Source: Thermodesulfobacteriota bacterium
Lineage (GTDB): Bacteria; Desulfobacterota; WTBG01; JAGOGO01
Assembly: GCA_026625185.1 (NCBI GenBank)
Contig: CP113000.1
Location: 270,001 to 302,000, forward strand
Direction: 5' to 3'
DNA length: 32,000 nt
Made by a program: the position numbers and the translations under genes. Below are positions 26,972 to 32,000 of this stretch, one piece after another (the stretch's first letter is position 1; each line of letters opens with the position of its first letter). The notes below the pieces were generated by a model. It searched no databases and had not been told where the DNA came from. It saw nothing but the letters and a program-made list of their open reading frames with translations.

Positions 26972-27751
26972 CTAAGGAACATTAAAAGATAACCCCTGCT
27001 GTTTAACCAGGATCCTGACTCGTTGCAGATCATCAGGGTGATCAACCCCGAGGGAATCGTTTTCGGTAATTCCAACTTTTATTTTATAGCCATGTTCTAA
27101 GGCTCGCAGTTGTTCTAAGTGTTCGATTTTTTCCAATGGGGTCGGCGTCAAGCCGGCAAAGCGGAGGAGAAAATCTCTCGTATAACCATATAACCCAATA
27201 TGTTTAAAGATAGGGAAAGATAAGGGCGAGCGCTCAATTTCTTGAATAGTATTCCAAAGGGTTCGCAAAAAGGGAAGAGGAGAACGTGAAAAATAAAGGG
27301 CATATCCTTCGTTATCGGTAACGACCTTTACCACGTTTGGGTTTAAGACTTCTTCAGTAGTTTTTATTTCTCGCTTCAAGGTACACATATAAACCGAAGG
27401 GTTATTTTTAAAGCATAAAATTACTTCGTCAATCATGTCCGGATCAATGAGCGGTTCATCCCCCTGGACATTGATCACCAAATCCCAATCCATGTGCCGG
27501 GCTATTTCGGCGATCCGGTCGGTTCCGGACTGGTGTTCGGATGAAGTCATCCGGGCATTGCCGCCAAAACTTTTTACTGCCTTATCTATCCGCTCGTCAT
27601 CCGTTGCCACCCAAACTTCATCGATAAATCGAGCTTTCCTAGCTCGTTCGTATACCCACCGAATCATGGGCTCTCCGGCTATCACGGCAAGGGGTTTGCC
27701 TGGGAGACGGGTTGACTGATAACGTGCAGGAATTACTGCGACAATCTTCAT
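26972..27751 (-). CDS. kdsB: 3-deoxy-manno-octulosonate cytidylyltransferase (CMP-KDO synthetase)
   Basis: 259 aa. 'VIPARYQSTRLPGKPL', 'VATDDERI', 'SGTDRIAE', 'VINVQGDEP'. Confidence 0.95.
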   Translation of the reverse strand: MKIVAVIPARYQSTRLPGKPLAVIAGEPMIRWVYERARKARFIDEVWVATDDERIDKAVKSFGGNARMTSSEHQSGTDRIAEIARHMDWDLVINVQGDEPLIDPDMIDEVILCFKNNPSVYMCTLKREIKTTEEVLNPNVVKVVTDNEGYALYFSRSPLPFLRTLWNTIQEIERSPLSFPIFKHIGLYGYTRDFLLRFAGLTPTPLEKIEHLEQLRALEHGYKIKVGITENDSLGVDHPDDLQRVRILVKQQGLSFNVP

Positions 27752-27781
27752 TACTAGAACACAGGATTTTTATTTAAAAAA

Positions 27782-27808
27782 TTTATAATATAAAGCCACC
27801 AAAGTCAA
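27782..27808 (-). promoter_or_regulatory. Putative promoter for the kdsB-led gene run
   Basis: On the minus strand: TTGACT (27808-27803), 15-nt spacer, TATAAA (27787-27782), ~30 nt upstream of the kdsB ATG. The spacer is short and the -10 register is ambiguous in this AT-rich stretch. Confidence 0.25.
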
Positions 27809-28004
27809 CAGGTAAAATCTCAAATTGGAATATTTTATGCAAGCATTTTTCGGATTTGGTCTTAACTTTTTCATTCGATTTATTTTAAGGTATTGTTCCA
27901 CAAAACATCATAAAAAAAATCAGTTTTTGTTTTAAGGTAGTTTGGTAAAAAAGTTTTTTTGATTTACAAAATAATTTCCTTTGCTTTGCCTAATTTCTTT
28001 CCTG

Positions 28005-28033
28005 TTGACAACATTAAATTTTTTCGATATTTA
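28005..28033 (+). promoter_or_regulatory. Putative sigma70-type promoter for nrdR-ribD-rpe
   Basis: TTGACA (28005-28010), 17-nt spacer, TATTTA (28028-28033), ~48 nt upstream of the nrdR ATG. Motif match only. Confidence 0.4.
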
Positions 28034-28080
28034 AATTCTTTATAGTCCTCATTACCAAAATTTCTTTAAAGGATTATGGC

Positions 28081-28554
28081 ATGAAATGTCCTTTTTGCCG
28101 TCATTTGGAAAATAAAGTAATTGACTCCCGGATGAGTAAGGATGGAAGCGTGATCCGCAGGCGCAGAGAGTGCCTTGCGTGTCAACGTAGGTTCACCACT
28201 CACGAACGAATCGAAGAGATTATGCCCATGGTGATTAAAAAAGATGGGGGCCGAGAACCGTTTGAACGGAACAAGATTTTGGTGGGGATTCAAAAAGCCT
28301 GTCAGAAAAGACCGATCAGCGCAGAGGATATGGAAGCTACGGTTTCAAGAATTGAGGAATTTCTACAGGAAAAAGGAGAAAAAGAGCTACCCTCCTCGGT
28401 TATTGGCGAAAAAATTATGCAGGAATTGCATGCGTTAGACGAAGTTGCGTATGTCCGTTTTGCTTCTGTCTACCGGTCTTTTAAAGATCTCACTGATTTT
28501 ATGAGTGAAGTTAAGGAACTACTCGGAACCCGTGAGAAAGAAAAAAAGTCTTAA
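28081..28554 (+). CDS. nrdR: Transcriptional repressor NrdR
   Basis: 157 aa. '[17 protein letters not shown]...[17 protein letters not shown]' zinc ribbon followed by an ATP-cone ('KRPIS...[13 protein letters not shown]'). Confidence 0.95.
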   Translation: MKCPFCRHLENKVIDSRMSKDGSVIRRRRECLACQRRFTTHERIEEIMPMVIKKDGGREPFERNKILVGIQKACQKRPISAEDMEATVSRIEEFLQEKGEKELPSSVIGEKIMQELHALDEVAYVRFASVYRSFKDLTDFMSEVKELLGTREKEKKS

Positions 28555-28606
28555 CCAATCTATTCGCTTGCAAAAGTTTGTTCCTAAAAAAACTCCTGAA
28601 GAATAC

Positions 28607-29698
28607 ATGTGGTTGGCCATTCAACTGGCTTTAAAGGCACAAGGCCAAACCAGCCCAAACCCTTTAGTTGGTGCTTTGATCGTTAAAAATGCCACAATAG
28701 TGGGCCGAGGATTCCATAGCCAAGCCGGAACCCCTCATGCTGAAATAAATGCTCTCAGGGAAGCAGGAAACAAAGCCCAAGGAGCGGAACTCTATTTGAA
28801 CTTAGAGCCGTGCAGCCATTTTGGGAGGACCCCACCGTGTGTGGATGCTATTATCCAAAAAAAAATAATGAAAGTATTTGTGGGAATGGTGGATCCTAAC
28901 CCTTTAGTGCGCGGGAAGGGAATAAGAAGACTAAAAGAAGCGGGAATTAAGGTTGCGATCGGAATTCTGGAAAAAGAATGTCGCAAACTGAATGAGGTCT
29001 TTATCAAATACATTACTACCAAGCGGCCCTTTGTTATCCTGAAAGCAGCCGCTAGTCTCGATGGAAGAGTCGCGGCAGAGAGCGGTGATTCACAATGGAT
29101 TACGAATGAAAAATCCCGTGAGTATGTTCACCGGTTACGGGGTGCGGTTGACGCCGTGCTGGTAGGGATTGGGACAGTCAAAAAAGACGACCCTCTTCTT
29201 ACCTGCCGTTTAAAAAACCGGAAAGAAAAAGACCCGATTCGCATAGTTGTTGACTCAACCCTAAGCATTTCTCCCAAAGCTAAAGTTTTAAACCTCAACT
29301 CCCAGGCTCTGACTATTATTGCCACTACTCCGAAAGCCTCTATAAAAAAGCGCGCGCTGCTCGAAAAAAAAGGAGCACGGGTTTTAGTAATTCCTTCTCA
29401 GGACCGGGTTGACCTCCGTCTGCTCATGGAGACCTTGGGCAAAGAGGAGATCACCAGCGTGTTGATTGAAGGGGGAAGTGAGATCAATACCTCGGCGCTT
29501 CAGTCGGGGATCGTTGATAAAGTTTTATTTTTTTATGCTCCCAAAATAATCGGTGGGCAAAAGTCCCCCTTGATGGTGGCCGGCAAAGGAATTGCCAGAG
29601 TAAAAGATGCTCTCGTGCTTCATAATATTACCACCCAAAGGTTTGGTGATGATGTAATGATTGAGGGGTATATAAAACAAGATTTTCAAAAAAACTAA
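28607..29698 (+). CDS. ribD: Bifunctional riboflavin biosynthesis protein RibD (deaminase/reductase)
   Basis: Deaminase 'TSPNPLVGALIV', 'HAEINAL', 'LEPCSHFGRTPPC'. Reductase 'KAAASLDGR', 'IEGG'. Start uncertain: ATG 28607, TTG 28568, or ATG 28505, which overlaps nrdR by 50 nt. Confidence 0.9.
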   Translation: MWLAIQLALKAQGQTSPNPLVGALIVKNATIVGRGFHSQAGTPHAEINALREAGNKAQGAELYLNLEPCSHFGRTPPCVDAIIQKKIMKVFVGMVDPNPLVRGKGIRRLKEAGIKVAIGILEKECRKLNEVFIKYITTKRPFVILKAAASLDGRVAAESGDSQWITNEKSREYVHRLRGAVDAVLVGIGTVKKDDPLLTCRLKNRKEKDPIRIVVDSTLSISPKAKVLNLNSQALTIIATTPKASIKKRALLEKKGARVLVIPSQDRVDLRLLMETLGKEEITSVLIEGGSEINTSALQSGIVDKVLFFYAPKIIGGQKSPLMVAGKGIARVKDALVLHNITTQRFGDDVMIEGYIKQDFQKN

Positions 29699-29713
29699 GG
29701 AGGGTTAAAAGGT

Positions 29714-30382
29714 ATGGGGTATTCAATAAAAAAAATTATCGCCCCGTCGATTTTATCCGCCGACTTTTCCCGGCTTGGTGAAGAAATCGCGGCAATTGAA
29801 AAAGGGGGGGCTGACTGGGTCCATGTTGATGTAATGGACGGTCACTTTGTGCCCAATATCACGATCGGCCCGCCGGTCGTCGCTTCCCTTCGAAAAATAA
29901 CCAGACTTCCCCTTGATGTGCACCTCATGATCCAAGACCCTGATAAGTATATCGAAAAATTTGCAAAAGCCGGGGCCGATATCATTACGGTCCATGTGGA
30001 AACCTCTCCGCATCTTCATCGCAGCGTTCAGTTTATTAAAGATCAGGGTTGTAAAGCCGGGGTATCGCTTAACCCGGCCACTTCTCTCACTATGCTTGAT
30101 CATATCCTTTCTGAAGTGGATATGGTCCTTATTATGACCGTTAATCCGGGGTTTGGCGGGCAAGAATTTATTTCCTCGGTGCTTCCTAAAATTAAGCACC
30201 TGTGGGAGAAAATAAGGGAAAAAGGGATAGGCGTTGATATTGAAGTTGATGGAGGTGTTAATCTCAACACCATTAGCAAGGTAGCTCAAGCAGGCGGCAA
30301 TATTTTTGTGGCGGGAAATGCTGTTTTCACCACTCCCGATTACGGAAAAACCATCAGTGAATTGAGAAGATTGGCGGAATGA
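29714..30382 (+). CDS. rpe: Ribulose-phosphate 3-epimerase
   Basis: 222 aa. '[10 protein letters not shown]', '[16 protein letters not shown]', 'DVHLM', '[10 protein letters not shown]', 'VDGG'. Confidence 0.95.
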   Translation: MGYSIKKIIAPSILSADFSRLGEEIAAIEKGGADWVHVDVMDGHFVPNITIGPPVVASLRKITRLPLDVHLMIQDPDKYIEKFAKAGADIITVHVETSPHLHRSVQFIKDQGCKAGVSLNPATSLTMLDHILSEVDMVLIMTVNPGFGGQEFISSVLPKIKHLWEKIREKGIGVDIEVDGGVNLNTISKVAQAGGNIFVAGNAVFTTPDYGKTISELRRLAE

Positions 30383-30406
30383 GCCTAAAAATATTTTTTT
30401 TTGGTG

Positions 30407-30513
30407 AACCCCGGTAGAAATATTCCACCCTGGGCATTTACCAAGTCTGGAAAAGTATAAGAATTTTGAAGGTTAATCCACGCTTTTTCACCCGTTTAGA
30501 TATTTGATATCTA
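30407..30513 (+). repeat. Intergenic ~105-nt element, copy B (oriented toward the TtcA-like gene)
   Basis: Aligns by hand to the reverse complement of 8053-8157, roughly 70-75% identity overall. The two best-conserved blocks are 30407-30442 and 30491-30513. Perfect palindrome TAGATAT-TTG-ATATCTA at 30497-30513. Confidence 0.7.
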
Positions 30514-30563
30514 CGCGGGCAAGCAGAGCATTTATAACATGTTGAGTACCGGCAGAGGCTCGA

Positions 30564-31340
30564 GTGGTTGACAATCATAGCTATCGCAAGAAGGTGCCCG
30601 AATTTTTGGGAGTGAAAAAGCGCTATCCAAAATTTATCCATAAGGTTTTCCGTGGGGTTGGAAAAGCAATTGACCAATTCCACATGATGGAAGATGGAGA
30701 CCGAATCCTGGTCGGTGTCTCCGGCGTGGACAGCATTACCCTGCTTTGGGTACTCCGGGAGCGCCTCGCGTGGATTCCCGTAAAATACACCTTAAAAGCT
30801 GTTTATATTAATCCGGGGTTTGATGAAACAACGGAAAAAATAATCGGAGATTATTTAAGGAAAGAATTCTTTGATTATGAGATGATAAAGACCGATATGG
30901 GGACAAAGGCGCATGATCCTCATGCCCAGGAGAACCCTTGCTTTTTATGTTCTCACGATAGAAAAAAAATGCTTTTTTCATTAGCCTGTGAGGGTAACTA
31001 TCAAAAAATCGCTCTGGGACATCATTTAGATGATATCAATGCTACCCTTTTTATCAATATCCTCTACGGAAGCTCTATAAGCACCATGTTACCGAGGCAA
31101 GATATCTTTGGAGGAAGGCTCACCATCATTCGCCCCCTCGCCTTAGTCGATAAAGAACAAATTCAAAAGTCGGCGGAATTCCTCAACATCCCCTCCATCA
31201 TCAACCCCTGCCCTTCTTCCCACCTTTCTCAGCGCAAACAAATAAATGATTTTTTAGACTATTTTTACAAAAAAGATCAAAGGATTCGTTATAATATTTT
31301 TCACGCTATGAGTAATATTCATCGAGATTATCTTCCCTGA
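30564..31340 (+). CDS. TtcA-like tRNA thiolation PP-loop ATPase
   Basis: 258 aa, GTG start. 'KAIDQFHMMEDGDRILVGVSGVDSITLL' parallels my recollection of the TtcA N-terminus ('..[24 protein letters not shown]..'). 'CFLCS' plus a later 'NPCP' Cys, and 'ALGHHLDD'. Confidence 0.75.
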   Translation: MVDNHSYRKKVPEFLGVKKRYPKFIHKVFRGVGKAIDQFHMMEDGDRILVGVSGVDSITLLWVLRERLAWIPVKYTLKAVYINPGFDETTEKIIGDYLRKEFFDYEMIKTDMGTKAHDPHAQENPCFLCSHDRKKMLFSLACEGNYQKIALGHHLDDINATLFINILYGSSISTMLPRQDIFGGRLTIIRPLALVDKEQIQKSAEFLNIPSIINPCPSSHLSQRKQINDFLDYFYKKDQRIRYNIFHAMSNIHRDYLP

Positions 31341-31393
31341 TAAGAAATAGGTTGTTGAAAAACAAATTTACGCAGGCTAAATTACAATGTCGC

Positions 31394-31414
31394 CGCACCC
31401 CTTAGAGTGCGTTT
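31394..31414 (+). terminator. Weak candidate hairpin downstream of the TtcA-like gene
   Basis: CGCAC-cccttaga-GTGCG followed by TTTCAT. The stem is only 5 bp and the T tail is short. Confidence 0.25.
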
Positions 31415-31492
31415 CATGCATTATATACCTTTTTCAAAAGTCTGCTAAACGGGTTGCCAAGGGAGGAAAAAGAGAAACTTAGAAAGAGGCAA

Positions 31493-32000
31493 TTACATCA
31501 ACCCTGCTTCCTTAAAGGAAAGGTAGCCTTTTTTAGTAATAATGATGTGATCTAATGCTGTTATTCCCAAAATTTTTCCGGCGTCAATCAGCTGCTGATT
31601 GATGGTTATATCCTCAGGGCTTGGTTTCAGTACCCCGGAGGGGTGGTTGTGAGCAAAAATAACGAATGCCGCCCGATCAGAGATCGCATCAGCAAACACT
31701 TCCCGGGGATGAACCTGGCTTGAATTAAGCAAACCAACCGTTACTACTCTATTCCCAATAACTTCATTAGCCCCATTTAAAGAAAGGCAAATGAAATGTT
31801 CCTGTTTTTTGTCGGCAATAGGCATAATGAGGGGAAGCACATCTTTTGCTTTTTTGATTATTAATAGGTCATTAGAGAACCTCCGTCGGGCAAATTCAAG
31901 AGAGGCGATAACCTGACAGGCTTTAGCCAACCCAATACCTTCAATTGCTAAAAGGCTTTTTAGTTCTATTTTCTCACGCTGCTTAGCAAGCGTGCGAAGA
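31493..32000 (-). CDS. radC: RadC-family JAB/MPN-domain protein (5' end beyond the window)
   Basis: 'HNHPSG' JAMM motif and 'LDHIII'. The frame stays open upstream of the track's start to the window edge (...LRTLAKQREKIELKSLLAIEGIGLAKACQV...), which is the usual RadC HhH region. Confidence 0.85.
   Translation of the reverse strand, partial: LRTLAKQREKIELKSLLAIEGIGLAKACQVIASLEFARRRFSNDLLIIKKAKDVLPLIMPIADKKQEHFICLSLNGANEVIGNRVVTVGLLNSSQVHPREVFADAISDRAAFVIFAHNHPSGVLKPSPEDITINQQLIDAGKILGITALDHIIITKKGYLSFKEAGLM

Noticed and set aside
27752-28080. 329-nt AT-rich divergent spacer scanned for NrdR boxes and riboswitch-like structure
   Set aside because: I could see no 16-bp NrdR-type palindromes and no extended conserved stems. 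Only generic promoter-like hexamers were present.
29753-30289. 178-aa minus-strand ORF
   Set aside because: It is antisense to rpe, which has a complete epimerase motif set. It is a long shadow ORF only.
30471-30483. DnaA-box-like TTAATCCAC inside copy B, with iteron-like repeats; considered as a replication origin
   Set aside because: It is a single imperfect box and copy A has no equivalent. There is no cluster of boxes, no adjacent dnaA/dnaN, and no clear AT-rich unwinding element.
30438-30683. 81-aa minus-strand ORF spanning repeat copy B and the start of the TtcA-like gene
   Set aside because: It overlaps the TtcA-like N-terminal region and the intergenic repeat. It has no RBS, and the equivalent frame is not open in copy A.

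Overview
This window looks like chromosomal DNA from a low-GC (about 40% by eye) diderm bacterium. All calls come from reading the sequence and ORF translations by eye; no database search was run.

Layout:
- 1-4.7 kb is a small accessory patch. It holds two tandem tyrosine recombinases, a DUF4239-like membrane protein, a tRNA-Gly/tRNA-Cys pair with its own promoter and terminator, and a heavily decayed DDE-transposase IS.
- 4.7-8 kb carries pgsA, lptG and lptF on the minus strand.
- 8.2-9.1 kb carries a Nudix hydrolase and rpmB on the plus strand.
- 9.1-27.75 kb is one 18.7-kb co-directional minus-strand run of 18 housekeeping genes: kdsB, pyrG, kdsA, kdsD, kdsC, lptC, lptA-like, lptB, rpoN, hpf, ptsN, rapZ, EIIA(Man), pyrK, pyrD, ispG, proS, relA/spoT.
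- 28-32 kb carries nrdR, ribD, rpe, a TtcA-like PP-loop ATPase and a 5'-truncated radC.

I found no CRISPR array, rRNA, or convincing novel multi-gene system such as a defence island.

Items worth a second look:
1. A diverged ~105-nt intergenic element occurs twice in inverted orientation, upstream of lptF and of the TtcA-like gene, with a partial third copy upstream of relA. Each full copy has a perfect 7-3-7 palindrome and iteron-like ACCCCGT repeats.
2. Two Lpt proteins have unusual architectures. LptA is fused to an N-terminal membrane anchor, a globular domain and a ~150-aa P/T/S/A/E/Q-rich linker. LptF carries a C-terminal ComEA-like helix-hairpin-helix domain.
3. The dead IS has bipartite terminal inverted repeats, and its outer right repeat supplies the last codons and stop of pgsA.
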